Below are positions 44,883 to 55,111 of a stretch of DNA of 64,000 nucleotides, one piece after another. The notes under the pieces are model-generated. The model made no database searches. It was not told where the DNA came from and saw only the letters and a list, made by a program, of their open reading frames with translations. Origin of the DNA: Rhodoferax sp. (GTDB lineage: Bacteria > Pseudomonadota > Gammaproteobacteria > Burkholderiales > Burkholderiaceae_C); NCBI GenBank assembly GCA_046595515.1, contig JBKJOV010000041.1:3039-67038 (forward strand), given 5' to 3'. Position numbers and translations under genes: made by a program. Every line of letters begins with the position of its first letter. Position 1 is the first letter of the stretch.

Positions 44883-46760
44883 CTAAAACAACTGCGTCAC
44901 CTGCACCGAGTCAGCGCTGCGCTGAACCTGCACGGCCGGTGAGCCGCTGTGCGCCAAGCGCAGCATTTTGGCATTGCTGGGCAGTATGTCGGCCACAAAA
45001 CCGCGCACGCCACGCTTGGCTGCATGCACCGCCATGCAGGCCTGCAGGGCACTGCCCAGGCCGAAGCCCTGCCACTCTGGGTGCACCATAAAGGCGGTGT
45101 CCGCCAAATTGGTGGATGGGTTTATGAAGTAACACGACTGGCCTATGACTTGCTCTTCTTCGCGGCTACCCGTGGTGGCAATGAAGGCCACTTCGTCGTC
45201 GTAGTTCACATTGCACAGGCGTTGTACTTCGACGTTGGAGAGCCCCCGCACATGTCTGAAGAAGCGGGTGTAAACATCGGCCTCACTGAGCTGGTGGAAC
45301 AGCTCACGGATGCCCTGGGCGTCACTGCTTTGGGCCGGGCGCAGCAGCACGCTGCGGCCGTCTTTGAGCGTGACCGTAACTTCCTCTTCCACGGGGTAGG
45401 CACGCAGGTTGTGCAAGCTTTGGTCTGCCGCGATGTAGCCCATAGCCTGGGCCTGGGCAAACAACTCGGGTCGAAATTTCGGGTGCGCCAGCTCGATCAA
45501 AGCCGTAGCGCGCTGGCGTATGGATTTACCAAACAGATAGGCAATGCCGTACTCGGTCACCACATAGTGCACATCGGTGCGCGGGATGGTGGCGGCCTCG
45601 CCCGACAGCAAACTAGGCCGAATGCGAGAGGTCAGACCGTCCGGGGTCGTAGACGTCATACAAATAATGGGCTTGCCGCCCGGTGACCGCGCCGCGCCGC
45701 GCAAAAACTCGCCCTGGTTGCCTATGCCGCCGTAGAACTCACCGCCAAATTGGTCGATACAAACCTGTCCCGTGAGGTCCACCGCAAAGGCCTGTGCAAT
45801 GGACACCATTTTGTGCTGTGCCGCAATGGTGTTGGGGTCGCAAATGGTGTCGGTGGGGCCGAAGTAGAACAGCGGGTTCTGGTCAATGCGGTCATATAGC
45901 GCACGCGTGCCCAGTGCCAGGCTGGCGACGATTTTGAAGCGGTGTTGCGTCTTGCTGGCACCCGTGAGAACGCCAGCCTCCAAGAGCGGCAATATGGCGT
46001 CGGTAATCAGATCGGAGTGCACGCCCAGGTCTTTGCGGTCGGTCAGGTACTGCACTGCCTCATGGGCCAGTTGCCCCAGGCCAATCTGTAGCGTGGAGCC
46101 ATCGTCAATGATGCCGGCAATGTAGCGGGCGATGCGTTGCACGTCTTCTTCTTGCGAGGGGCTGCGTTCGATCTCTGTAATGGGGGTGAGCACCGGCACC
46201 AAATGGTGGATGCGGCTGATGTGCAGGGTGCTGTCGCCCAGAGAGCGGGGCATCGCGGGGTTGACCTCTGCCATGATAATTTTGGCGCGGGTCAAAGCGG
46301 CTGGAATGATATCGACCGAAATACCCAAACTGACGTAACCAAAGGCATCGGGCAATGAGACCTGAATGAGTGCCACATCGACTGGAATGCGGCCCAGCAC
46401 AATCATCTCTGGCACCCGCGCGACTGACATGGGAACGTAGTCCACCAAACCCAACGCCATAGCTGGGCGCATGTCGGTGCTGACAAAAAATGTGCGGTGA
46501 CGGAACAGGGTTTTGGCAGGGATCGAGGGATGCTGGTTAAATGCCTTGATGGTCAGAAAGTGCAGTAGCTCGACATCTGCCGGCGGTGCGCTCATCGCCT
46601 CTAGCGCGCGCAAAAGTGACAACGGTGATGCACACCCCGTGCCCACAAAGACGTGCGCGCCATTTCCTATAGCCTGTACGGCGCCTTCGGCGGTGGTGAC
46701 GCGGTCGGCATAGGGCTTGAGGGCGGCGTGCGGATCGGTAGCTTTTGAAAATAGCGACAT
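44883..46760 (-). CDS. acetyl-CoA hydrolase/transferase-family domain fused to a C-terminal GNAT acetyltransferase
   Basis: The N-terminal ~480 aa resemble the acetyl-CoA hydrolase/CoA-transferase family (GNGAHVFVGTGCASP...GLGQLAHEA...GGIGNQGEF). The C-terminal ~150 aa is GNAT (VHPEWQGFGLGSALQ). The start is taken at MSLFSK (ATG 46760). Confidence 0.7.
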   Translation of the reverse strand: MSLFSKATDPHAALKPYADRVTTAEGAVQAIGNGAHVFVGTGCASPLSLLRALEAMSAPPADVELLHFLTIKAFNQHPSIPAKTLFRHRTFFVSTDMRPAMALGLVDYVPMSVARVPEMIVLGRIPVDVALIQVSLPDAFGYVSLGISVDIIPAALTRAKIIMAEVNPAMPRSLGDSTLHISRIHHLVPVLTPITEIERSPSQEEDVQRIARYIAGIIDDGSTLQIGLGQLAHEAVQYLTDRKDLGVHSDLITDAILPLLEAGVLTGASKTQHRFKIVASLALGTRALYDRIDQNPLFYFGPTDTICDPNTIAAQHKMVSIAQAFAVDLTGQVCIDQFGGEFYGGIGNQGEFLRGAARSPGGKPIICMTSTTPDGLTSRIRPSLLSGEAATIPRTDVHYVVTEYGIAYLFGKSIRQRATALIELAHPKFRPELFAQAQAMGYIAADQSLHNLRAYPVEEEVTVTLKDGRSVLLRPAQSSDAQGIRELFHQLSEADVYTRFFRHVRGLSNVEVQRLCNVNYDDEVAFIATTGSREEEQVIGQSCYFINPSTNLADTAFMVHPEWQGFGLGSALQACMAVHAAKRGVRGFVADILPSNAKMLRLAHSGSPAVQVQRSADSVQVTQLF

Positions 46761-46819
46761 GGTCTTCGTATCATTCACCAGTTTGCCGTGGGCGGCAATA
46801 CAAACACAGGAGGCTGATT

Positions 46820-47614
46820 GTGGACTTAGGACTACGTGGGAAGTGGGCTTTGGTATGTGGTGCCAGCAAGGGGTTGGGCTGGGGCTGCGCCCAGGCGCTG
46901 GCAGCCGAGGGTGTGAATGTGCTGATGGTGGCGCGTGGCCATGCAGCCCTGCAAGCATCTGCTACGCAATTGATAGCAGATAACTCAATGAATACGCGGG
47001 GCGAGGTGCTATTTTGTGCCCAAGACATCACAACGGAAGCAGGCCGGGCCGCAGTGTTTGCACTGCGCTCGGAATTTGACATTGTGGTCACCAACGCCGG
47101 TGGGCCACCCACCGGCGACTTCCGGGATTGGGACCGCAGCGCGTGGATCAAGGCGGTAGACGCCAATATGCTGACCCCCATAGCCCTGATGCAGGCCACG
47201 GTGGACGGCATGGCAGCGCGTGGTTTTGGGCGCGTGATCAACATCACCTCCAGCGCCGTGAAGGCGCCGATTGACGCGCTGGGTTTGTCCAACGGTGCGC
47301 GCAGCGGGCTCACCGGTTTTGTGGCCGGGGTGGCGCGCTCGGGGCTTGCGGCCAAGGGTGTCACGATCAATAACCTGCTGCCCGGTGCGTTTGATACGGA
47401 CCGGCTCAAGGCCAATATGCAAAGCGCGGCGGACAAGACCGGTACACCCTTGGACGTGGTGCAAGACCGCCGCCGCCAAGGCATACCGGCGCGCCGGTTT
47501 GGCACGGCGCAGGAGTTTGGTGCGATCTGCGCGTTTTTGTGCAGCGTGCAGGCGGGCTACATCACCGGGCAAAACATTTTGGCGGATGGCGGGGCGTTCC
47601 CCGGCACGTTTTAG
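46820..47614 (+). CDS. SDR-family oxidoreductase
   Basis: An aggagg RBS lies 6 nt before GTG 46820. Motifs: ALVCGASKGLG, NAGG and an SSA...K catalytic region. Confidence 0.8.
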   Translation: MDLGLRGKWALVCGASKGLGWGCAQALAAEGVNVLMVARGHAALQASATQLIADNSMNTRGEVLFCAQDITTEAGRAAVFALRSEFDIVVTNAGGPPTGDFRDWDRSAWIKAVDANMLTPIALMQATVDGMAARGFGRVINITSSAVKAPIDALGLSNGARSGLTGFVAGVARSGLAAKGVTINNLLPGAFDTDRLKANMQSAADKTGTPLDVVQDRRRQGIPARRFGTAQEFGAICAFLCSVQAGYITGQNILADGGAFPGTF

Positions 47615-47646
47615 ACGGCTATCTGCCGGCTAGGGTTGGCACGGGG

Positions 47647-47664
47647 CGGGCGCAATTGCGCCCG
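47647..47664. repeat. perfect 18-bp palindrome CGGGCGCAATTGCGCCCG
   Basis: Read directly and checked base by base. It lies in the spacer between the SDR gene and the DUF4864 gene. Confidence 0.7.
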
Positions 47665-47782
47665 GGACCGGCCGCCAGGCCCGGGCTCTTAGTCTGGCGG
47701 ATCGCAATACCGCCTCGTTCAGCGCCAAACAGAGTTTTGGTGCAAGATGGTGTGTATCCAAATCAACCACTTGGGAGTTGCT

Positions 47783-48232
47783 GTGCGAAAACTATTTTTC
47801 GGTTTGCTGATGTTGTTCGCCGTTGCAATTGGCGGCGTTGCAGTGGGCGGTGTTGCGCACGCTGCAGGGCCTTTGGTTCCAGACAAAAACGTCAAGGACG
47901 TTCAGCTTGTCGTGCGGGCCCAGCTCAAGGCTTTTGCAGCGGACGATGCCAAGAGCGCGTTTTCCTTTGCCACCAGTGACTTGCAGAAAATGTTTGGCGG
48001 CGCTGAGCAGTTCATGCAGATGGTGCGTGACAGCTATCCGGTGGTGTACCGGCCCGCCTCGGTCACCCTTTACAAACCCCAGCCTGACGGCCCTGCGGTG
48101 ATGCAGCGCGTAGCTTTGACCGATGGCCAAGGCAACGCCTGGATTGCGGTGTACCGGCTTGAGCAACAAACCAACAAGGCCTGGCGCATCGCTGGCTGCG
48201 TTTTGATGCCCGACACGGGGCAGCGCGCCTGA
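47783..48232 (+). CDS. secreted DUF4864-like protein
   Basis: Signal peptide, then VRAQLKAFAADDAKSAFSFATSDLQKMFGGAEQFMQMVRDSYPVVY (family assignment from memory). Confidence 0.5.
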   Translation: MRKLFFGLLMLFAVAIGGVAVGGVAHAAGPLVPDKNVKDVQLVVRAQLKAFAADDAKSAFSFATSDLQKMFGGAEQFMQMVRDSYPVVYRPASVTLYKPQPDGPAVMQRVALTDGQGNAWIAVYRLEQQTNKAWRIAGCVLMPDTGQRA

Positions 48233-48249
48233 GCCTTGGTACAAGGCTC
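48231..48249. terminator. hairpin between convergent genes (no T-run)
   Basis: GAGCCTTggtacAAGGCTC, overlapping the stop of the DUF4864 gene. Confidence 0.35.
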
Positions 48250-48297
48250 TGCCGCCACCCGATCAGCCGAGCCTGACGTCAACCCGCCCAGACACGG

Positions 48298-49305
48298 TCA
48301 TACAGCGCAGGCCTGCTCAAACGACGATGGTTTTGGCAAAAGTTGTTGCAATGTCAGGCCTATGCGGGTCAGCCGGACGTCATCATCCAACGCTTCGTCG
48401 CAAGTGTCGTTGATGCAAAAGAATGGCAGTTGCCCGAACTCGCTGAGCAGCGTCATCAGTTGGTCTGGTGCAGACGCATCGCCAGTGTTGATGTACAGGG
48501 GGTCGAGTGTGCTTTGATCCGCATAGCCCACATGCACCATCCAGCGGGGTACGAGATCGGGCACGATGGGTGGCACCTTCCAGGAGCGAAAGGCCGTCGA
48601 TCGCACTTGCGTGAATAGTTCCGCCGCAATGCGCTCAAGCTCCACCATCACACTTTTGAGCATAGGTCGCGGCGAATGGGAGTAGACCCGCGGGTCGTGT
48701 TGGTAGTGGGGGTACTGCTGGGTGAGCCAATCGCGCGATAGCAACGAGGCGTTCACGAGCGCGGACGCATGCTGTTGAAAGGCGTCGTAGTTGGGCACCA
48801 TCGCCAACTCGCTGAAAACTTTGAGGCGGTCACCGAACCACCAGTCCACATCGACTGCGGCGCCGAAGAACACATCGTCGTTCATATAGAAAAAACGCTC
48901 CGACAGTCCTTCAATATGGTGCAGGTACGACTCAATATGGCCAGAGTCGAACACCCACTGGGTGCCGTGCGGAAACAGATCGCGGTGGTCGATGACCGTC
49001 AACTTATCTGATGGCTGAAGCCATGCAGGCGTCTGGCCATCGGTCACCAGGTAAACGTGTCCATGGTCCGGGAAAAACTTTTCCAGGGCCCGCAGGTTAA
49101 ACAGCAGTTCGTCGTTGTCGCGGTAGCGTCCTGCGGTGTTACCAAAGGCAGCCAGATCGTGGGGATTTTGCAGACTCCACTGGGTGAATGCGGCATTGCG
49201 CTTGCCGCGCCAAACTGGGTCGGATCCATCCACCCACAAGTAGACGATATCGACGGTGGCCCGGCAAGTCGCCGCTGCAGTTTTTTCTTCGTTGGGGTTT
49301 GGCAT
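48298..49305 (-). CDS. Stealth-family sugar-1-phosphate transferase (CR1-CR4 present)
   Basis: CR1 DIVYLWVDGSDPVW, CR2 RYRDNDELLFNLRALEKFFPDHGHVYLVTDGQTPAWL, CR3 ERFFYMNDDVFFG and CR4-like YSHSPRPM. The start is taken at MPNPNEE (ATG 49305). Confidence 0.75.
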   Translation of the reverse strand: MPNPNEEKTAAATCRATVDIVYLWVDGSDPVWRGKRNAAFTQWSLQNPHDLAAFGNTAGRYRDNDELLFNLRALEKFFPDHGHVYLVTDGQTPAWLQPSDKLTVIDHRDLFPHGTQWVFDSGHIESYLHHIEGLSERFFYMNDDVFFGAAVDVDWWFGDRLKVFSELAMVPNYDAFQQHASALVNASLLSRDWLTQQYPHYQHDPRVYSHSPRPMLKSVMVELERIAAELFTQVRSTAFRSWKVPPIVPDLVPRWMVHVGYADQSTLDPLYINTGDASAPDQLMTLLSEFGQLPFFCINDTCDEALDDDVRLTRIGLTLQQLLPKPSSFEQACAV

Positions 49306-49563
49306 GACTTCAGAGAACGTCTCTACGGACCAGGCAAGCCGCTGGGGCTCCCGATGCGTGGGGCTGGGGCCAAAATGGGCCGTAGCTTCTATGCAACTGC
49401 TTGGTGCCAGTCGCATGAACACTTCGTAATTTTAGAGTCAGACGCAGCGCATTGCTGCGCGAGGGTTAAGCCGTGGCATGTCTTGGCGCGCCCATCGCCG
49501 GTGTTGGGATGGTTTTTCAGACATACTGGGCAGAAACAACCCCTTTGACTACCGGAGATCGCC

Positions 49564-50559
49564 ATGCCTGAAACTTTGTCCCGTTCCATCCAAATCGACC
49601 AGCACGGCGGCCCAGAGCAGCTCAAGCTGGTGCGCGTCAGCGTGGGCCAGCCTGGGCCGGGCGAGGTGCGGATTCGCCACCATGCCGTTGGCCTGAACTT
49701 TATTGACGTCTACCAGCGCAGCGGCGTGTACCCCATGAGCCTGCCCGTGCAGTTGGGCATGGAGGCTGCGGGGGTGATTGAATCGGTGGGCGAGGGCGTG
49801 ACCCACCTGCAAGCCGGTGACCGCGCCGCCTATGCCAGCCAGCCGTCTGGCGCGTATTGCGAAGTGCGGGTGTTGCCAGCCAAGTGCGTGTGCAAGCTGC
49901 CTGACGGTATCTCGTTTGAAACCGGCGCCGCCATGATGCTTAAGGGCTTGACTGCCCAGTACCTGTTGAAACGCACCTTGCCCCAAGGTGGCCTGAACCC
50001 AGGCGACTTCGTGCTCTTTCATGCGGCCGCAGGTGGTGTGGGCTTGATTGCTTGCCAGTGGGCGCGTGCCATGGGTCTGCAGCTCATTGCGACCGCCGGT
50101 TCGGATGCAAAATGCGCGCTGGCCCGCGAAAATGGTGCTGTAGCTGCTATAAATTATGTAGCAGAAGACTTTGCAGCACGGGTCAAGGACCTTACCCAGG
50201 GCAAGGGCGTCAAAGTGGTCTACGACTCGGTCGGTAAAGATACGTGGGACAAATCACTCGACTGTCTGGCGCCGTTCGGCCTCATGGCCAGCTTTGGCAA
50301 CGCCTCCGGCCCAGTGGCACCGTTCTCACCCGCCATTTTGGGGCCCAAGGGCTCGGTTTACGTGACGCGCCAGACGCTGTTTACCCATATCGCCACCCGT
50401 GAAAGCACGCAGGCCATGGCCGATGATTTGTTCGGTATGGTGGTGGCTGGCAAGGTCAAAATTCACATCGACCAACGGTATTTGCTAGAAGACGTGCAGC
50501 AGGCGCACCGCGATCTGGAAGGCCGTAAGACAACGGGATGCAGCATATTGACGTTGTAA
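49564..50559 (+). CDS. qor: NADPH:quinone oxidoreductase (zeta-crystallin / MDR family)
   Basis: GEVRIRHHAVGLNFIDVYQRSGVYP and AAAGGVGLIACQWA. Confidence 0.8.
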   Translation: MPETLSRSIQIDQHGGPEQLKLVRVSVGQPGPGEVRIRHHAVGLNFIDVYQRSGVYPMSLPVQLGMEAAGVIESVGEGVTHLQAGDRAAYASQPSGAYCEVRVLPAKCVCKLPDGISFETGAAMMLKGLTAQYLLKRTLPQGGLNPGDFVLFHAAAGGVGLIACQWARAMGLQLIATAGSDAKCALARENGAVAAINYVAEDFAARVKDLTQGKGVKVVYDSVGKDTWDKSLDCLAPFGLMASFGNASGPVAPFSPAILGPKGSVYVTRQTLFTHIATRESTQAMADDLFGMVVAGKVKIHIDQRYLLEDVQQAHRDLEGRKTTGCSILTL

Positions 50560-50613
50560 AGATGCCATGTTCGAGGTTTAGGGTAAACCCGCGGGGCGTA
50601 AAATCGAGAAACT

Positions 50614-51483
50614 ATGACCACCTTAATTCACCCCTTGCGCGTAGCCGTGTGCAGTGCGCTGACCGTACTGGCTGCGACTGCCAGCATGGCGCAGACGTCT
50701 GCTGCCGCCACCCCGACTTCTCCCAGCGGCAGTGGGCTTACTTTGCCCGCCAGCGCCACGAATAAATGGTCGGTAAGCTGGGGTTGGAACCGCTCCAACT
50801 ACTCCAAAAGCGACATCCACTTCACCGGCAAGGACCACGACTTCACCATTAACAATGTGGTGGCGACCGACATACAGACTGACACGACTGTAAGCAATAT
50901 TTTTGGTATTTATTTAAATCCCAGCGAGCTCACCATACCGCAGACCAACATGCGTGTGGCGTACCAACTGTCGCCCAACTCTGCGGTGGCCGTGAATCTC
51001 GACCACATGAAATACGTGATGTTGGCCGATCAGGTGGTACCGATTACGGGCACGATTGGGAACACCGTGTACCCGCCAGGCTCCACGCGCGTCATGGATG
51101 TGAATTTCCTGAACTTTGAGCACACTGACGGTCTGAATATTGTGAGCCTGGAGTACGAGAAGCAGATTCCTCTGGATTGGTTTGGCCCGCGCATTCCCGC
51201 CCGTGGGTTTGCGTTGGGTGGGATCGGTTTTGTGCTTCCCAAGACCAATGTGACGCTCAACATGCTGGGCCGTACCCGCAACGACGAGTTTCACCTGTCT
51301 GGCTACAGCCTGGGTGCCGGCGCCGGCCTAGAGCTTGATTTGTACAAGAACTTCTTCACCCGCGGCACCTACAAATTTGGCTACGTGAATTTGCCCGATG
51401 TGGTGACCAGCTCACAAGGCGACAAGGCCGCCCACAAGTTCACCTACAACGAGTTTTCGGTTACTTTCGGCTGGCGCTTCTAA
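50614..51483 (+). CDS. putative outer-membrane beta-barrel protein
   Basis: Signal peptide ending ASMAQT, alternating amphipathic strands, and a C-terminal FGWRF. Confidence 0.5.
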   Translation: MTTLIHPLRVAVCSALTVLAATASMAQTSAAATPTSPSGSGLTLPASATNKWSVSWGWNRSNYSKSDIHFTGKDHDFTINNVVATDIQTDTTVSNIFGIYLNPSELTIPQTNMRVAYQLSPNSAVAVNLDHMKYVMLADQVVPITGTIGNTVYPPGSTRVMDVNFLNFEHTDGLNIVSLEYEKQIPLDWFGPRIPARGFALGGIGFVLPKTNVTLNMLGRTRNDEFHLSGYSLGAGAGLELDLYKNFFTRGTYKFGYVNLPDVVTSSQGDKAAHKFTYNEFSVTFGWRF

Positions 51484-51501
51484 GCGCTGGTCATATTGAA
51501 T

Positions 51502-51531
51502 GAAAGAAGCCACCGTGAGGTGGCTTCTTTC
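51502..51531. terminator. bidirectional rho-independent terminator
   Basis: GAAAGAAGCCACCgtgaGGTGGCTTCTTTC, between the convergent OMP gene and lspA. Confidence 0.8.
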
Positions 51532-51539
51532 ATGGGGCT

Positions 51540-52073
51540 TTACTTGCTGCCTCGCACCCGACGCAGTTCATCCCATATCAAGCTGACAGCGCCCACCGAG
51601 ATCGCGCTATCGGCCACATTGAAAGCTGGGAAATGTCCGCCATGGAACACGGGGCTCAAAAAGTCCCAGTGGAAGTCCAAAAAGTCGACGACGTAGCCAT
51701 AGGCCACGCGGTCAATAACATTGCCGATAGCGCCACCCAGAATGCACGCTAGTGCAAAACAAAAAAGCTTTTGCCCCGCGTGCGCCCGCAGCATCCAAAT
51801 GATGCCGACCGACGCTGCAACGCCCACTCCTGTAAAGAACCAGCGCTGCCAGCCCGATGCGCTGGCCAGAAACGAAAAGGCTGCCCCGCTGTTGTGCGCA
51901 CGCACTACGTTGAAGAAGCCGGTGACGTAAGTGCTGTCACCCAGTTGGTAGTAGCCCACGATCAAGATTTTGGTGAACTGGTCAGCGAGCAAAATGATGA
52001 ACGCCAGGCCCAGCCATTGCAATAGGCCCGCGCCCTGGTTGCCCCGGCCCATGAGTGTCGTGCCGCGGGCCAT
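51540..52073 (-). CDS. lspA: lipoprotein signal peptidase (signal peptidase II)
   Basis: NSGAAFSFL and [12 protein letters not shown] motifs. The start overlaps the ileS stop (TAATG). Confidence 0.9.
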   Translation of the reverse strand: MARGTTLMGRGNQGAGLLQWLGLAFIILLADQFTKILIVGYYQLGDSTYVTGFFNVVRAHNSGAAFSFLASASGWQRWFFTGVGVAASVGIIWMLRAHAGQKLFCFALACILGGAIGNVIDRVAYGYVVDFLDFHWDFLSPVFHGGHFPAFNVADSAISVGAVSLIWDELRRVRGSK

Positions 52074-54982
52074 TATGCAAACACCCGTTGTTCACCCGCA
52101 CCCAACAAGTTGCTGGTGCAGCGGCTGCACAATGTGGGGTGCCCCGCGTCACTGCCCACATCGCTGCGGTAATGCCAGCAACGCTCACATTTAGTGCCGT
52201 TAGAGGCGGTGACCCGGATAACTAGTGCGGTACCCGCTATCAAAGTAATAGCGGACGTGATGAAGACAAACTTCAAGTCATCTCCCAGGCTGCTGAGTAG
52301 TGCATATTCCTCTGGGGGCACGGTAAGGGTCACCTCGGCCTGCAACGAGGCTCCCACGGCGCCCGTTACGCGCAGGGTTTCAATGTCTTTGTTCACCGCG
52401 TCGCGCACAGCGCGAATCCGATCCCACTTGGCAAGCAACGTTTGGTCGGGTGGGGCAAATGTGGCGTAGGTGTCCAAAAAGATAGAGTCCCGGGTCGCCG
52501 TGGGCGTTTTGCCTTCTGCCGCCAGCACCGCCCAGGCTTCTTCGGCGGTAAAGCTCAAAAACGGTGCCATCCAGCGCAGCATGCCCTGGGTGATGTGCCA
52601 CAGCGCGGTTTGTGCAGAGCGGCGGGCCAGCGAATGGGCGCCAGTGGTGTACAGACGGTCCTTCAAAATGTCGAGGTAAAACGCGCCCAAATCTTCACTG
52701 CAGTAGACCTGCAATTTGGACACCACAGGGTGAAACTCGTACACGTTGAAGTGCGCGAGGATGTCGGCTTGCAACTGCGCAGCGCGGCTTAGTGCGTAGC
52801 GGTCGATCTCCAGCATCTGGTCCAGCGGCACTGCATCTTTGGCCGGATCAAAGTCGCTCACGTTGGCCAACAAAAACTTGAGCGTGTTGCGCACGCGGCG
52901 GTAGGTGTCCACCACGCGGGCCAAGATTTTTTCGTCCACGTTCAGATCGCCCGAGTAGTCGGTGGATGCCACCCACAGGCGCACGATCTCAGCGCCCATC
53001 TTGGTGGTGATGGTTTGCGGCTCTACGGTGTTGCCCAGGCTCTTGCTCATCTTGCGGCCCTGGCCGTCGGTGGCAAAGCCGTGGGTTAGCAGGCCTTTAT
53101 AGGGGGCGCGGTCATACAAGGCGCAGCCCAGCAGCAGCGAGCTGTGGAACCAGCCACGGTGTTGGTCATGGCCTTCCAGGTACAGGTCGGCCTCTGGCCC
53201 TTCGGTGTGGAAGGGCGCGCGGTCATACGCATCCTTGTGGCTGCCACGCAGTACATGCTGGAAGGTGGAGCCAGAGTCAAACCACACCTCCAGAATATCG
53301 GTGCTCTTGGTGTAGTGCGGTGCATCGGCTGCGCCCAAGATGTCCTCAGTGGTCACGCGGCTCCAGGCTTCAATGCCGCCTTGCTCCACCAGGTCCGCCG
53401 CCTGGTCCAAGATCTCCATGGTGCGGGGGTGCAGCTCGCCGCTGTCCTTGTGCAAAAAGAAGGGCACCGGCACGCCCCAACTGCGCTGGCGGCTGATACA
53501 CCAGTCGGGCCGGTTGGCAATCATGTCGCGCAGTCGGGTTTTGCCGTTTTCGGGGTAAAACTGGGTCTGCTCAATCGCATCGAGTGCCAATTGGCGCAAT
53601 GACTTAGAGGCCTTGTCCTTTGTGAATACGCCTGCGCCGCTGGCGGCGCTTTTCGCGTCTGCTTCGTCCATACGAATAAACCACTGCGCCGCAGCGCGGT
53701 AGATCACCGGCGTCTTGTGGCGCCAGCAATGCGGGTAGCTGTGCTGGATAGGGTGCGTCGCCATCAAGCGGCCCGCTGCGCGCAGGGCCTCGATGACGAT
53801 GGGGCAGGCCTTCCAGATGTTGAGGCCGCCAAACAGGGGCAGCTCCGGCGCGTACTGGCCGTTGCCTTGCACTGGGTTCAAGATGTCGTCGTACTTCAGG
53901 CCATGGGCCACGCAGCTATTAAAGTCGTCCACGCCGTAGGCGGGGGAGGAGTGCACGATGCCGGTGCCGTCAGAGTCGCTCACGTAGTCGGCCAGGTAGA
54001 CCGGTGAGTGGCGCGCGTAGCCGGGGTGCACATCGTGCAGCGGGTGTTTGAAGGTCAAGCCCCCCAACTGTTTGCCGCTGGTGGTGGCCACCAACGTGGT
54101 GGCGGCTTTGTCAATGCCGAAACGCTCCATGCATTTGTCGACCAAACTTTCGGCCAGCACCAGCAATCCGCGTGGTGTGTCCACCAGGGCGTAGGTCAGT
54201 TCGGGGTGAGCGTTGAGCGCCTGGTTGGCCGGGATGGTCCAGGCGGTCGTGGTCCAGATGACGATGAAGGCCGAAGCTGCGTTCGTGGGCAGGGCGCTTA
54301 AACCAAACGCTCTAGCCAAGGCCTGTTTGTCGGCGGCTTCAAAGGCCACATCCAGCGTGTCGCTTTTCTTGTCGGCGTATTCAATCTCAAACTCCGCCAG
54401 CGATGAGCCACAGTCAAAACACCAGTACACCGGCTTCAAACCCCGGTACACAAAGCCACGCTCGATGACGCGTTTGAAGGCGCGGATTTCGCCCGCCTCA
54501 TTGGCCGGGTCCATGGTGCGGTAAGGGCGCTCCCAGTCGCCCAACACGCCCAGGCGCTTGAAGTCTTCGCGCTGCTGGCCGATTTGCTCAGCGGCAAATG
54601 CGCGGCTCTTGGCTTGCATATCGTCTCGCGACAAATTGCGGCCATGCAGTTTCTCGATGGCATTCTCAATCGGCAGACCATGGCAGTCCCAGCCGGGGAT
54701 GTATTGCGCGTCAAAGCCGCCGAGCTGTTTGCTCTTGACGATCATGTCTTTGAGGATCTTGTTCAGCGCGTGGCCGATGTGCAGCTTGCCATTGGCATAC
54801 GGCGGGCCGTCGTGCAGCACAAACAGCGGGGCGCCCACACGGGCATCGCGCAGGCGTTTGTAGAGCCCGTCCTCGTTCCAATTTTTGACCCAAGCCGGTT
54901 CGCGCTTGGGTAAATCGCCGCGCATGGGGAATGGGGTGTCGGGCAGGTTCAGGGTGCTTCGGTAATCTTGTTTTTCAGTCAT
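52073..54982 (-). CDS. ileS: isoleucine--tRNA ligase
   Basis: [31 protein letters not shown] and a C-terminal CERCWHY...CSRC zinc knuckle. The start is ATG 54982 or 54988. Confidence 0.95.
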   Translation of the reverse strand: MTEKQDYRSTLNLPDTPFPMRGDLPKREPAWVKNWNEDGLYKRLRDARVGAPLFVLHDGPPYANGKLHIGHALNKILKDMIVKSKQLGGFDAQYIPGWDCHGLPIENAIEKLHGRNLSRDDMQAKSRAFAAEQIGQQREDFKRLGVLGDWERPYRTMDPANEAGEIRAFKRVIERGFVYRGLKPVYWCFDCGSSLAEFEIEYADKKSDTLDVAFEAADKQALARAFGLSALPTNAASAFIVIWTTTAWTIPANQALNAHPELTYALVDTPRGLLVLAESLVDKCMERFGIDKAATTLVATTSGKQLGGLTFKHPLHDVHPGYARHSPVYLADYVSDSDGTGIVHSSPAYGVDDFNSCVAHGLKYDDILNPVQGNGQYAPELPLFGGLNIWKACPIVIEALRAAGRLMATHPIQHSYPHCWRHKTPVIYRAAAQWFIRMDEADAKSAASGAGVFTKDKASKSLRQLALDAIEQTQFYPENGKTRLRDMIANRPDWCISRQRSWGVPVPFFLHKDSGELHPRTMEILDQAADLVEQGGIEAWSRVTTEDILGAADAPHYTKSTDILEVWFDSGSTFQHVLRGSHKDAYDRAPFHTEGPEADLYLEGHDQHRGWFHSSLLLGCALYDRAPYKGLLTHGFATDGQGRKMSKSLGNTVEPQTITTKMGAEIVRLWVASTDYSGDLNVDEKILARVVDTYRRVRNTLKFLLANVSDFDPAKDAVPLDQMLEIDRYALSRAAQLQADILAHFNVYEFHPVVSKLQVYCSEDLGAFYLDILKDRLYTTGAHSLARRSAQTALWHITQGMLRWMAPFLSFTAEEAWAVLAAEGKTPTATRDSIFLDTYATFAPPDQTLLAKWDRIRAVRDAVNKDIETLRVTGAVGASLQAEVTLTVPPEEYALLSSLGDDLKFVFITSAITLIAGTALVIRVTASNGTKCERCWHYRSDVGSDAGHPTLCSRCTSNLLGAGEQRVFA

Positions 54983-55111
54983 GGCCATCTCGTTGGGTTG
55001 CCGCTTGGGGCGCAAGCGTTGGGGCATTCGGGGAAATTGACAGGCCGCGGTAGGCGCCACCTGTCGGTGCGAGGACTAGAGACGCGGGGCCAGGTGCGTC
55101 GGGGAGCCCTG

